64,000 nucleotides of DNA from Octopus sinensis (Eukaryota): NCBI RefSeq assembly GCF_006345805.1, contig NC_043004.1, positions 65,534,001 to 65,598,000 of the forward strand, read 5' to 3'. Each line of letters opens with the position of its first letter. Within the stretch, counting starts at the first letter, position 1. The notes under the pieces are model-generated. The model was not told the origin of the DNA and ran no database searches. It worked only from the letters and a program-made list of their open reading frames with translations. Shown one piece after another: positions 11,831-25,791 of this stretch. The translations under genes and the position numbers were made by a program.

Positions 11831-13263
11831 AAGCCTTCCACTAATTTGAAGTATGTCAGTGTCTTCCAAATCATGCAAAACCGTAACAGACAATTTGGTT
11901 AAAAACATCTCTCTAAGATTGTCTGGCCTGTCCGCCAGTGCCGATTTTTTATGCAGAAAGCGGATTTTTATAACGCCGCACTATCCAAGGCCGGTTATAG
12001 GCAGAAGGTAATTTATATTGATCCGGCCCTTCCGATGCCATCATTCGGTCATCAGGATAGGGCCGTATATAATAACATTAACATTTTAAGTAAGGACGGA
12101 GCGCGGCGGATACCGGGGTAGTCGCTCCCGCATTAATTTAGCGAACAAGGATAATTATCGGTCCGGGAGGTCTTACACTAACCCAAGACCCGTTTTCATC
12201 CGAGAATCACCCACCCAAATGCGAGAGCTGGCGTCCCGACCCATCACACTGATAGGAATAAGCATATATGGTTTGTAATCCCTTTGGTAAGCAGATTAGA
12301 ACTACCTCCCCCTCATGTTTAGACAAGCCATCGCCAAAACTTCCCCAGAAATTCAAATATTACTCCACGGTTAACTCACATAAAGTTAGGATAGCTTTCT
12401 CCAACACAAAAAACCTCGCCCAGATAATCGCCTCCCATAATAATAGGCTACTTACTAAGACCCTATCACCTTTTTCCGGAGGCACAGCCTCTTCCGCTCC
12501 CGGCTTAATGCTCAGTAGGAATAATTATAGTAGTAATAATGATATGGAGAGCCAGTACGTGACACATAATCTCAGCTCCAGCCAGGGAGTACCCACTAGG
12601 GTATAGTTATAAATAGGGGTGTTGTGGTTGATGGTAACAATGGGAGTAGGGTAGAGAGCCCCTTTAGCATCCCCAGCATCATTTCCCGCATAGCAGTACA
12701 CGGGCAGTAGCAATGACAAGCACTCTGATAGATAGTGGAGAATCAGGGGTTATTCCTATAGTTAATAGTGACGTAGTGGAAAATAGAGTAGTAAGCGGCT
12801 GCAGGTCTCGGAACGAATATAGTGACAGGAACGCAGTTCTAATTTCAGAAACCAATCCTAGCAGAGTAAGATTCACGTCGGCGAACTCCAAGATCAAAAA
12901 CGCCGTCTACCAATGCAAGGTTTACACGGACTCAGATGCCTTCACTTATATAGGGGCATCGTCCTCAAGATTGTCTTTGCGTGTCTCCAACCATTACGCA
13001 ACTTTTCGGGACGTGAACAAGCGCCAGACCACGGGACTCAGTAGCTAATATGGCGACTGAAGGATGCGAACTTAAGCTATAGGCTGGAATGGTCAATTTT
13101 GTCGGTGGCCCTCCCATTTGATAGGGGCAGAAGACAGTGCAACCTTTGTGTCTCCGAACTCTTCCATATTTTGTTTGCCAGAGGCGGATGGTAAACGGGC
13201 TCTTACAGTCGGCTTTTCGATGCCCCCATTGGCGGCGTTTACACTTATCTGGCCTTAAAATAG
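11831..13263 (+). pseudogene. PLE ORF 3' part (end of RT plus GIY-YIG) in the inverted copy
   Basis: Track ORF 12713-13048 gives NAVYQCKVYTDSDAFTYIGASSSRLSLRVSNH (GIY-YIG). Confidence 0.88.
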
Positions 13264-13854
13264 CGTTCATAAATAAGACCGGCACCCATAGCCTTGGTAA
13301 CAAATTCTGAAATAGATTTTAAGATCTACATTAACCACTGCAGGGAAATTACTCCTGTAAGACAAACGGGGCTTGTTTTTCACAGCGGGGGTTTCCTTGT
13401 CAAGGTAGGCTTAGATGAACACACACACACACACATAAAACATAAAAATATATATATAATTTCTTTATTTTTTTCTTTCTGCCACCCAACGGTTATCACG
13501 GCAGTAGCCACTGACAGCCGAACGATCAAACGCACACGTACACAAAAAATGTTTTCTACCCCTACGCCAACACACACATATATAGAACAGTATACACACA
13601 CACACGTCTCTAAGTAGATTTTTTCTCGCCCTTATAAAACATCCAATTCTTTAAATAGTCAGAACTTTATTCTCGGTCACAGAACATCTATACACCCCCA
13701 CCCACATGTTTGACCGATGCCTGACCTGTTGAATTCTTCAGCCACCGGTTCTCAACATACACTGATAACAGTTTCGCATGGGCTCTTAGGAGCACAGTTC
13801 GATTTGTTTTTTGCTCTGCCTCTGTTCTGTTTTTGTTTTTCCAACGGATTTCCT

Positions 13855-13950
13855 TTTTTTCTTCCTGAAGAGAAAGACACAATATGGTCCCATTATTCAA
13901 TCGGATTTTGGTAATTTGTGCCTTTCGAAACACGTGTAGAATGAAATAAA
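13855..13950 (+). ncRNA. Type I hammerhead ribozyme, PLE inverted copy
   Basis: CTGAAGA at 13865-13871. Stem II GAAAGACACAA/TTGTGCCTTTC (10 of 11 pairs). GAAA at 13927-13930. Palindromic stem III ACACGTGT. Predicted cleavage after GUA at 13938. Stem I TTC/GAA. Confidence 0.82.
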
Positions 13951-14156
13951 ACGATTTCTGTTCAATCTGCGTTCAGCTCCATTTCTTCAATTCACCAATA
14001 ATGTTTTAATTTCAATTATCCGCACCAACGCACGGTTGCAACGCCAGATGGTTGTACCCCAACCGTGCTGTTCACTGCTGTGATTTTTGCTACTAAGGTA
14101 TCGGTTAAACTTTGATTAATCCACTACAAGATTATTCATCTTTCTATTTCACATAA

Positions 14157-14198
<42 letters not shown>

Positions 14199-14382
14199 AA
14201 TATTTAGACACACTTTTTCAAAGATTTATATAATGCATACATATGTAATACACACATACATCTAGATATTTATATTTACAATACACACACACACAATTAC
14301 TTATGCATACATACACACAATATATATATATTCAAATATCTGTCTATCAATCTATTTATCTATGTATTTATGTATATATATA

Positions 14383-15189
14383 CAGGTTGCGATGGATAAA
14401 TTGTCACCATTTTATATTTCTTATTTCACACATGTACACTGTTCGTTTTTGATTTTGTCGACTATACAGTATAGTATGGGTCTGTGGGGCACCATTGTGT
14501 AATTCACTCTGCCAGAAATTTGGAAACAACATGCTCTACTGCTTGACATTTCAGAGTGTATGGGAGTCAATCTGAGGACAGTGCAATGTGAGGAGATGTA
14601 ACTAGAGTGATAGAAATCAACATTTGATTGATCACTAATGATGGTGACGTTATGCCTCCATTCATCTTCCCACACGGCGTCAGGCTCAACACGGAGGCCT
14701 AGAAATGCCTGGAGGAGGTAGTGCTGTCAAGGGTCATGAGTGTGGCTTTTGGAGGACCCTATGTCTGGCAACAGGACTCTGCACCATGGCATGCAAGCAA
14801 GGGGACCCTGTCATGGCTGTCAGACAAATTCTGTGACCATATAACATCTCACATCTGGCCACCTAACTCCACATACTGCGACCTCCTTGATTATTTTGTG
14901 TGCGGTGCATTGTACAACAAAAACTCCTTGTAACACCAAAGATGAACTGAAAGCAAGGATTATGGTAGCATTCTCCAACTTAAATAAGAAAACCATCCAG
15001 AAGAATTACAGGATATTCTGATGTCGTCTAAATGCCGTGGTTGAAGCGAATGTCAATTTAATTGAATATATTTACTCTTTCGTATTTCATGATATTTTAA
15101 TGTAATTTTGGTAAATATATCTGTAAAAATGAGGTGTCAGTGTTATTTTCATTTTCGCGAAAAGTAGACATTTAATTCACCGCATCCTC
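14383..15189 (+). mobile_element. Deleted Tc1/mariner-superfamily element (maT/DD37D-like transposase fragment)
   Basis: Degenerate TIRs (caggttgcgatggataaattgtc / gacatttaattcaccgcatcctc) with TA flanks. Translation includes PYVWQQDSAPWH...IWPPNSTYCDLLDYFV. Confidence 0.75.
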
Positions 15190-15195
15190 TATATA

Positions 15196-15395
15196 TACAT
15201 GTGGATCGTTGGCGAGTTTTTCCCTACGTTTTCCTTTTCTCTTGGACTTTCCTCTGTCGCCTATTTCTGAAAAAGAGGTTTGCTCGAAATATAAAACTAC
15301 CTTTCTTTACTTCCCTGAGCGTCTGCAAGTACTATATCCTCGCGTTGTTGTCGATTTCTTGTGTTTTTTCTTCGCTTTCTTTTGGATTAATTATA

Positions 15396-15400
<5 letters not shown>
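15196..15400 (+). mobile_element. Short PLE-end-like repeat with a decayed hammerhead; second copy at 50895-51060
   Basis: ttt-CTGAAAA-A-GAG-GTTTG-CTC-GAAA-TATA-AAA at 15264-15296. The flanks are homologous to 50895-51060. Confidence 0.5.
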
Positions 15401-15438
<38 letters not shown>

Positions 15439-16208
15439 TATATATAATATATATATATATTTTTATATTATACATATAGGTATGTATATATATATATATT
15501 ATATATATATATACCATATATGTAAATATATATATATTATATATATATATAATATATATATATATGTAAGTATATATATATATGAATGCATATATATGCT
15601 TAAAATATGTGCATTTCTATCTATATGACTGTATGAGTGTGCGTGGCGTTGGAGAGAGGAGAGAGGGAGAGAGATAGGCGAGAGAGGGGGAAAGATAGGA
15701 GAGAGAGGGAGCGAGAAAGAGACAGTGTGTGTATGTGTGTGTATGTATGGTTATATGCTTCTCAGTGCGCGCGTGCATATAAATACCTTTATGAGCCTGT
15801 TTGTAATTTGGGTGTTTAGACGGGGATAGAATGTTTGAAATATACACATTAAGGTAATCACACCAAAATATATTTTTTCCAGAAAGTATACAGCATCCCA
15901 AAAGGTGGTGGGATCCTTCAGCTTGTGAATTTTCAAGTAAAGAATACGGAAAAGAAGAGCTAAAATATGGGTCATATACAAAAGAATCTGGTATATTTTG
16001 TACAAGGTAGCAAACGGAAGTTTTAAAATATAGCACGTTTATCCACTACGTCAGCCGATGTAGGGCAAAGACTGCTACACTTTTCTGAAGTCAACATCTA
16101 GCTCAGTTAGACTTAAGAATTGGTTAGCATATACACCAACCTGTATAGTATCGTTGAGAACCGCTCTTTCTTCCTTCCTACCTTTTTTCTTTCTTTTTTT
16201 CTTTCTAT

Positions 16209-16278
<70 letters not shown>

Positions 16279-16424
16279 TATCTATCTATCTATCTATTTA
16301 TTTGCATAAGAGCGGTTATTTGCTTATTTATTCTTAACACGTCTAGGTAGGTTCAAACGAAAAATATGCCGGTCACCTTACCCTCAGCCGAATTTCCATA
16401 ATAATGGTTTCAAATTTTGGTACT

Positions 16425-16590
16425 AGACATGAAATTATGGTGATTATGTTGAAATCAGAACTTGACCGGATTTTATTTTATCGACCCCGAAGAGGATTAA
16501 AACCGAAGGTCGATCTCGGCGGAATTTGAGATCAGACCGTAATAATGGAAACCATGCTAGTTCGGCATGCTAACGGTTCTGACAGTTCAC
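16425..16590 (-). mobile_element. SINE family D fragment
   Basis: ttttatcgaccccgaagaggattaaaaccgaaggtcgatctcggcggaatttgagatcaga matches the 58 kb copies. Confidence 0.6.
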
Positions 16591-16983
16591 AAATAGCCTT
16601 TACTGCAAACCCTGATATATGCTGTGAAGTGATTTGGTCGAATCTACATTCAAATTATCTAACAACAACCGTTTAAAATTTTCCCATAGGATTTAATTTG
16701 CCTAAGCCCACGAACGTATATGCAGGGTAACAAATTTTTGGAAGAAAATGGATAAATCTACTTTTAAATACAATGTAGCATTAGTTCTGTTGGGTTATAT
16801 AAAATAAAATATAAACTTCTTTAACTTTGCGATGAATATCTCAGGAAATAACTTTTCAGGAAAGAGGTTGATTATAAATTCATTTAAATCTGCAAACTTA
16901 TTGGAATCGCCGAGCTAACTGAAACGTGCGTAAGTGAATAAAATATTACATGAACATAATTTTTCCATTCCTCATTTCTTTAC

Positions 16984-17052
<69 letters not shown>

Positions 17053-17098
17053 ATTATATATATATAATATATAATACATACGTACACACACACACACC

Positions 17099-17130
<32 letters not shown>

Positions 17131-17803
17131 ATATATCTATATATATAATATATTATGTGTGTGTGTTGTACGTATGTATATATATATATATTATATTATA
17201 TATATATATACATATTTATACATATACATATACATATATATATACATATACATATATACAATACATGTATATATATACACATACATACATATATATATTC
17301 AAATATACATATATATATATATATACGGGTTTAAACGTTGTAGCTTGTATTCGTACCGGAGGAATCTTTACGAACCAATGTTTCTGAGATAATATTAATG
17401 CAATGTGATATGTTTAATAAATGTATTATATTATGTCATAATATTTCGGCAAGTATCAACTGATAAATTGTAGAAGAATCTATTGTAGTATTATGCAATA
17501 AGGCGTGCTGAATCCAATGTCCCTTGTTTACACTTTTCTATATAGCTATACATTTGCATGCATAAAGCATGTATACATGTCTACATAGATATATGCACAC
17601 ATAAACGCCTACGTATACACACACGCACAAACACAAAAATACACACGTATACACAGATACATATACACATGGTTAATGTCATAAGAACATATATAAATTA
17701 TAATAGATATATATATATGTTACATTTACACATTCTTATGAAGTCAACAATTAGTGTATATATATATATATAAACACACACACACACATATATATATACG
17801 TAA

Positions 17804-17853
<50 letters not shown>

Positions 17854-18697
17854 AATATATATATATATGTACATATAGAACGAGAAATAAAATAATGCCT
17901 CATGTACATTCCCATACACATACATTAACTCAACGTATGAAGTCTGGAAATGTATAACCGTATCCGAAAGTATGTGTATGTATGTATGTGTGGCAGCGTG
18001 TTTGTATGTGTGTGTGTGTGTGCATATAGCACTCGTATTTATTACCTATCCAACATACGCTTACGTTTGTTTGTCCAAATGTTTATATGCAAACGTGTAT
18101 CATTGCAAGAATTTAATTTTGAAATATTTGCATGTATATCGTTATTCACGAACCGTTCTATATTTGCAGGAATCTATTGCTATTTTTATTTCATCTAGTT
18201 TTTGTTATTAAATTTTGCCATTTTCTTCGAATTCCTTGGAGTGTATTTTGCCATAATATAAATTATTTGATTCATTACTCTGAAGCAATTTTGAGGTAAC
18301 AGTGAATAAAATACATGATTTTCTAAAATTGACGCAAGATACAACTGCTTGCAAAATTAGATATGTGGTGAAATGTAGTTATGTATAAGACGCAAGTGTG
18401 TGATATCTCTATTACTTGCCGGTTGAATTACTTCATACATGTCTTGTGTTGTTTGCACAGCCATAACTATGATAGTAAATATCATAGGAAGGACGATTTG
18501 ACAAGAATTGCTATCAGTGAAATCTGCAAGGCTGGGGCCAATTTCATTCGTTCAAATATATATTTATGTGTGCATACAAAATGGAGTTATGCGTTAGAGA
18601 TGTAGCATGTGGATCCTATTTCCCTGTAAGTTTTCTTTAGATTGTGTTAACACGCACGTTGCTTCTTTATATATGTATATAATCGTAATCGTGTGAA

Positions 18698-19003
18698 GGC
18701 GCATGGTTCAGTGATTAGATTGCGAGGTTGTGAGTTCGAATCCTGGACAGGGCTGCGTGTTGTGTTCTTGAGCGAGACACTTTATTTCACGTTGCTCCAA
18801 TTCACTCAGCTGTAGAAATGAGCTGCAACATCACTGGTGGCAAGCTGTATCGACCTTTGCCTTTCCCTTCGATAACATCGGTGGCGTGGAGAGGAGAGGT
18901 TGGTATGTATGGGCGACTGATGGTCTTCCATTAACAACCATGCCCAGACTCGTGCTTCGGGGTGTAAATTTCTAGGTACAATCATTCATGACCGAAGGGG
19001 GTC
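18698..19003 (+). mobile_element. tRNA-derived SINE family C (full length)
   Basis: A-box-like ggcgcatggttcagtgattag, B-box gagttcgaatcc, CORE-like domain, same tail as 1622-1932. Confidence 0.85.
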
Positions 19004-19392
19004 ACGAATCATAATCCGCACTGATGAAACTCCCATACACGGATGTTGCTGAGAAGCATTCAGCTGTTTAATAATTATAAAGAATGTTCTTTGAATATAA
19101 ACTGACCAACCTAAAGCTGATGTGCGTTGCACAAACGAATGTTGTGAATTACTGTTAAATCCTGTTATCCTTTATATTCATCCTTGTAATATATCATCCA
19201 TGTGTGTGTGAGTGTGTGTATCAAGAGAAAGAGAGAAAGAAAGGAGAAGAGAAAGAGGAGAAGTATAGAGGAAGTGTACAGTTCCATTATTGGTAAAATC
19301 ACCAAAAATGTACTCCACGATCTGAAAGATAAATATGATTTAATGTATGGACAGTTGCAGAAGCACTACAAACAGTTTCATGCGTTAAGGTA

Positions 19393-19957
19393 TTGGGTTG
19401 TCCGGAAAGTTCGTGCCGATTTATAGCAGCTTATCGTTCCAATTATTTTAGAACATGGTTAAGTCCATAAAATAGGATTTGACCACACCGCCATTTAGAG
19501 CACAGTTTAAGCTATCTTTTCCTGGAAGAAGGTTTATGTTCCTATAACCTATTTTAATTTTGTAACCCTCTAAAACGGAAGATAAGAAAGTTCATTTTCG
19601 GCACTTGAAGCTTTGGGAACCAGACTAAAATTGCTGCAGCTCGGCTGGGATGTGTTACTCCACCCTCTATATTCATCAGATATTTCTCCTTCGGATTTCC
19701 ACTTATTCAGGTCTCTGCAGAATAGTCTTAATGGTAAAAATTTCAATTCCTTGGATGACGTAAAAAGTTACCTTGATAAATTCTTTGCCATGAAACCACC
19801 TCAATTCTGGGAAGAAGGTATTTCCAAGTTAAAGGAAAGATGGAGATGCATTGTGCAACAAAATGGTTCATAATTGGTTGATTAAAATGTAATGGCAAGT
19901 ATTTATTGACCTTTTTCTTTCCTTTAAAAATCGGCACGAACTTTCCGGGCAACCCAA
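19393..19957 (+). mobile_element. Internally deleted mariner, sister copy of 3147-3706
   Basis: Same TIRs, TA flanks and same internal deletion junction. Encodes HPLYSSDISPSDFHLF. Confidence 0.92.
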
Positions 19958-20893
19958 TACATTAAATTGGTTACTTCGTTTATCATGCCATGTATCTCCA
20001 CGTAATCTTGCAAGCTCAGTTCATAAAATTAGAGGTACTTAGAAACATGTTGATGGACAGTACGAAACATGAGAGAAAACGAGAAGAAGAAAGTTAGAAA
20101 CAGAGAAGAAAAAAACGTGAAGAAAGTTGATGCAAAAAGTGGAAGAAGAAGAAAGAATGAAAAATAAAGAAAGCCAATATCGTCGTCCTCTTTGACTATA
20201 GAAATCGTAGTTATTGCAGCTGGCGGAAAATAATATAACAAAAAGTAGGCTACTTGCTATTCACTCCGAAGCAGGTGGTGTCTTCCAGTTCGACAAATGA
20301 AACTTGTCTATGTGCTTGCATTTGTGAAATATTATGAATCTGGAATTATGTAATGTGGTGGAACTATTGGAGTCTATATAATAACTCAAAATATAACTCA
20401 ACTCGGATATAACTCAAAAGTTAGGGATTTTCTGTGCGTTTAGTAACTAAGACACACATAACAGCAATACCATCAGATGATGACTTCGCCGTTGAGTCTA
20501 CAATAGGGGTTATTTCTTTTCTTTCCATCCTTCTCTCACTTTCATTGTGCATACGTAAACTTTTCTGTGAACCTGTATAAGATTATATATTTGTTAGTGC
20601 TTATCCTCGTCGTATCGACGTTTCTCTCTTCTGTTTGTTCCTTCTTACGACCTTGCAATCTATTGCCCAATATTTTACCATTTTAATGATGCTATAGGTA
20701 ATTTGCATAGGAAGGACAAATGTTGAGAAAAATTAGCACCACTTTATTTTGTATTTTTTGTCCAAAACACTGATGAGTTGCTGAAAACATGCAATTTCAT
20801 CGACTCTGGTGTAATATTGTCATTTGATTGACAGAAACACGCATAGATTTTATAAACCTTAAAATAGCAAACAGGCATTCAGTGTTTATATAC

Positions 20894-20941
<48 letters not shown>

Positions 20942-21085
20942 TATATATATATATAATATATATATATTATATATATATATATATATGTATATATACACAT
21001 ATATATATATACATACAACATATATACATATAATACATATATATATATATGTGTATGTATCTATATATATGCATATATATATACA

Positions 21086-21452
21086 TCTATATATATATAA
21101 AACTCAACTTGTGTATCTGTGTGTGTTGTCTGTGTGTTTAACTTCCCGGCACATCTCCTCCTAGCCAACAAATCGTAGAACCACCAAAAATGGGTCACTT
21201 AAAGTTTAGGCGAATGAAATTGAACTGCACTATTTCTGTTCCGAAATTTATCTCGCAAGTGCAAAAATCGACAATGTGTTTGTTTAGGCCTTATCCCATG
21301 CATTGAATAGTGAACTTTACTCAGTCAGCTGTTTGACGTGAACTGTGCTCACCACGCGTGCAAGCATGCGTAATTTGCATGAAAAATAAAAAAATCAAGA
21401 TGTAAAAACGAATGAATTTCCGGGATGTAGCCTGGAGGGTTTTTTCGTACTA

Positions 21453-21486
<34 letters not shown>

Positions 21487-21787
21487 ATATATATATATAT
21501 ATATACATATGAGAGTATGATAGAAGAAGGCCAAATCTCCTTCCGTTAACACCAAAAATTATTTACAAAAAAACGTGCCTTTTTGATGTAAATAATTTTG
21601 GTTGTGTTAACATGGTGCCTTTTTTTATGAAAATCCCTATTTTTTACGATGTTATGACTGCTGTGTCGCCATTTTTCGGTGTATTTCACTAAAAGAGAAT
21701 AACAAGCTACATACTGCCAAATTTTACTTTTCAAAAATTCCAATTCTAAGGGTCTAAACAAACCGCAACACCGGGCGATACTGCTAG
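21086..21787 (+). mobile_element. Probable non-autonomous Helitron
   Basis: Begins A|TCTATATATATATAAAAC followed by a (TG/TCTG) tract. Ends in a degenerate GC hairpin (ccgcaacaccgggcg) then CTAG|T. No TIR or TSD seen. Confidence 0.6.
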
Positions 21788-21791
21788 TATA

Positions 21792-21888
<97 letters not shown>

Positions 21889-21889
21889 A

Positions 21890-21928
<39 letters not shown>

Positions 21929-22201
21929 TATGTGTGTGTATAGATCACGACCTCGAACCCACTAGTGTAAACAAGTGAGACAGAGACAGCGAAAACAAGT
22001 AAAATGTCCCTTGTATTTGAATAATATGCAAATATTCTTTTAAAAGACTTTTCTTTTAATCTTTCTGAAATGTAATTGTTATCCATATTTACAGTTGAAA
22101 AATTCTCAATGATTGAAACCGGTACTGAAAAGTTTTTATAAAATTATTTTAGCATTTTCTACCTTGAGTTTTTCCATACAATATATATATGTATATAATA
22201 T

Positions 22202-22269
<68 letters not shown>

Positions 22270-22278
22270 CTATCTACA

Positions 22279-22323
<45 letters not shown>

Positions 22324-22699
22324 CCATGTTGGACCGTTGAACTCGGTACATTTTTCACTCTTTTCATTTCTCTGATTCTCTTTTCATTTCTTTTCCTCTT
22401 AATCCTTTCGGTCGAAGAGCGTGTCACTGATGGGGATTACCTCAATCCTAAATCATCAATGATTTGACATTCTTTGCTTGCTGTAGGAAGGTTGGTCTCC
22501 CGGGTGTCTGTCAGTCAAGAGATAAGTGCTTGCCCCTGGTTAAGAGTTGACCTGACACTTATTTCTAGCAATGTTGGTACATGCTAGCACACTTAGTCAC
22601 TTTCGTGACGTTTATACTTCTGTCTTTGGTTTTTAAATAGCTGTTAGCCAACTTAATAAATTATATATACATATATGTATGTGTATAGGTCTGTGTGTG

Positions 22700-22739
<40 letters not shown>

Positions 22740-23143
22740 TATATAAATATAATAAAGGTTCTCAAATAAGGAAGCTTAGTGCTAGAGACACAAAGAGGGA
22801 TAAATTCATGGAGAGAGTGAAATTCAAAAACATTTACCATTAACGATATATCCCGGACTGATCAGTTTCTACCTCTTTCTACCAAAACAGACAGAATATG
22901 TTTGCCAAGGCAAGGTTCGTCAGCGGGACGCCTTCCTAATTCTAGATGCTCAGAGCGTTAGAGCACATGTCGATCTAACAATTTGTATATCTTAACTTTT
23001 CAAATTTCTGCGCAGACGCAAAATATACCCGGCGACATATGGTATATTATATGAATAATATTTTGTCTAATGACTAATTCGTCTTTTGTGCTAGGCCAGT
23101 GGTAATAATAACCTATGTTATTACCCTTTTTGATTATGTTCAC

Positions 23144-23216
<73 letters not shown>

Positions 23217-23971
23217 ATATATATATATATATTATATATATATTATATATTTGTACAAACTGCATCAGACATCAAATAAGTTTGTGACAATTTAAGCACT
23301 TTAAACAATGACAATATATTTCACTGAGCAGAAAATATTCTTCCATAATATAAAGATGTGAATACATTCTTATCAGATCAGTGACGCCTTGTCTTGAATT
23401 CGTAAATGCATTTCTTTTCCACCATGTCTACCTCAGCAGAGGATACTGAAGGGAGACAAATTTGTGCTGGCTAGAAAACCGTAGCTTTGTAATAAATCAG
23501 TCAGTACTAGTGAGTGACTTGCACTCGCCGACAACATTGTCAGAACAAACAGATGAGCATCAGCGCAAAGCAGTGATGAGAAACAATACATTTTAAAACA
23601 TTGTGACTTCTAAAAAGCATTTATGCTCCAGTTTGTAGAGTAGAAAAATTCTCGCCCGTAGTGAAGATGTAGATGCGTTATTTTCAGCTCCATCACCTGG
23701 ACCTCTCGATGTACTTCTGACTCGTTACACCCTACTCAGTAGGGAATAACAAAGGGAGATAACCCTGAGCTAAGCAGAAAAGTAGATTTATAACAATACG
23801 TTGCGTTGTTTCAGATATTTATGAATATATTCAATCAGCAGAGCTTTATATAAGTGTTACTCCTTCTTGTTAGAATTCTTTTATATGAACGTATATGTTA
23901 TTGTTTCCGAACAACCACTGTCTCCAGCAACCCAACCGCTTTGCCTGTCTGTCTGTCTGCTTTGTTTCTTC

Positions 23972-24014
<43 letters not shown>

Positions 24015-24488
24015 ACACACACACATATATCTGTGTCACTTTATTCCACTATTTCACAGGGGGACTGATAAGGGGAGTAAGCAAGTGCAAACTGAGATTA
24101 TACGAGAATCGAAAGCAGAGTCTGATAACAAAAATAATGAATTTCCGAAGCTTCTATTATTAAGACTATCCTACTCTTTCCAACATTCTGTTTACACTTT
24201 ATTCTACCAATACTATTCCATTTCAACTTTCCTTCTTTCTTCATCTCCGTTATGAAGAAACACACAGAGTGCAGCTTGAGTAGTGGTGCGGTTTTGAATA
24301 CTGTATCGTCACATGATTATTATGCAAAGTTCATTGTGAGAAATAGACAAATAGTTTGTGTGGTTTTACAAATGTCAATTTTCAAGATTTTTTTTATAGA
24401 AGGTGGATACACTCACAGACAACACACATCATTTATACATACATACATACACTCATAAAACAAAACATACAAATCTGCACGTATACAT

Positions 24489-24548
<60 letters not shown>

Positions 24549-24577
24549 CATATATATATTCATAAATATATATATTC

Positions 24578-24618
<41 letters not shown>

Positions 24619-25791
24619 CAAAAATACCATTGTTGATGTTCAAATTCGATTGAAGGAGCCTGGGATATATATTAGAAACCGGCTCTCTCTATTGGTAAGA
24701 AATCTTGAAATAAATATTGACATACATATAGATATATATATATATATATTATAGGTATTATTCAAAGTAATGGAAATGTATGTTTATGACTTTCTGTAAA
24801 CCTTCAAGCCATTCTAGCAGTATTTGGGTTCCACCTTCCGAAAATTATCTTTTTATGATCTGAGAGAACATCGGCAGCTTCACTACCTTCATATAAAAAC
24901 AACATTTCATAGTCATTCACTTTCACCTATCCCGCTATACACCCTTGATTTTAATTATAAATTTTTCTGATGAATAAATGATATTTGAAATTTCAACTAA
25001 ATTCGTTCATATTTTGTTTCATTACTTTCAGTTTTATTGATATCAATGAGAAGAAAATGGCCAATTTATATATGAAAAAACTTGATTCTAATTATTGGGA
25101 TTTGTTTTTTATTTTGATAAAAATTTATTAATGTAAATTTTATTCGGAGGGAGAAAAAGAATTTTCGCTTGTTAAATAAAAAATGATGTGTCAATAAAAC
25201 CAATGAAATTTTTCACGTTTGATTTAAAAGAAAAAAAAAAACCGAAAATATTATGTGCTACGCAGAGAGTAAGGCGTTATTAGATTGTAAAATATTTATT
25301 GGCATATATTTATCAATACAGTGCAATTTAAAACGAAAAGATTTTATTGTTCTAGAAATTTGATTCGCACTCTCTTTTTCTCTTATTTATTCCCTTTGCC
25401 TTTGCACACTATCTTTTACAGCCCTAGATGTGCGTATATACAAATAGGTAGATAGATACATAGATACACAGACATGTACATAGATTCATATATATATATA
25501 TTATACATATACAATTATACATCTATCTATCTATCTATACATATGTAGACACACACACACAAACACTGACATGTATATATACGCTTCCTAAATCTTTTGT
25601 ATTTTTCCTTTAAAGCAATCTCCAATATATTGCCTGATAGAAAACTTCTTTTCTTGATTTAACGGAAGTCATATTTCGTTCTAAAATATAGGACATCGCT
25701 AATCACTGTAAATTGGTTTTACATACGTATCAAACATGATCTCAAATTTATTTTGATAATTTATAATATCCGATGCAATATGTTTTATTAG

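Larger units (their letters stand above)
6434..14158. mobile_element. Penelope-like retroelement composite: full unit, tandem pseudo-LTR copy and inverted 5'-truncated copy
   Basis: 6434-~8247 is repeated directly at 10030-11830 (unit about 3.6 kb). 11831-14158 is the reverse complement of ~8615->6434 continuing into 10030->9880. Both outer flanks are (TA)n-rich. Confidence 0.95.

Noticed and set aside
11831-14158. Inversion as a long-read fold-back artefact
   Set aside because: The junction is asymmetric by about 370 bp and the arm ends in its own (TA)n flank; read-level confirmation is still needed.
16895-16936. GAAACGTGCGTA with ACT/AGT pairing, hammerhead-like 3' half
   Set aside because: The CUGANGA core and stem II are not recognisable.
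18698-18770. tRNA genes at SINE heads
   Set aside because: A and B boxes are present, but they continue into SINE bodies without a complete cloverleaf.
20765-20815. CTGATGAG-TTGC..GCAA hairpin
   Set aside because: No GAAA; the hairpin is short and could occur by chance in AT-rich DNA.
23400-23800. Possible LINE EN-RT linker remnant
   Set aside because: Only weak similarity, with multiple stops.
24965-25000. CTGATGA...GAAA in AT-rich sequence
   Set aside because: No credible stem I or stem III.
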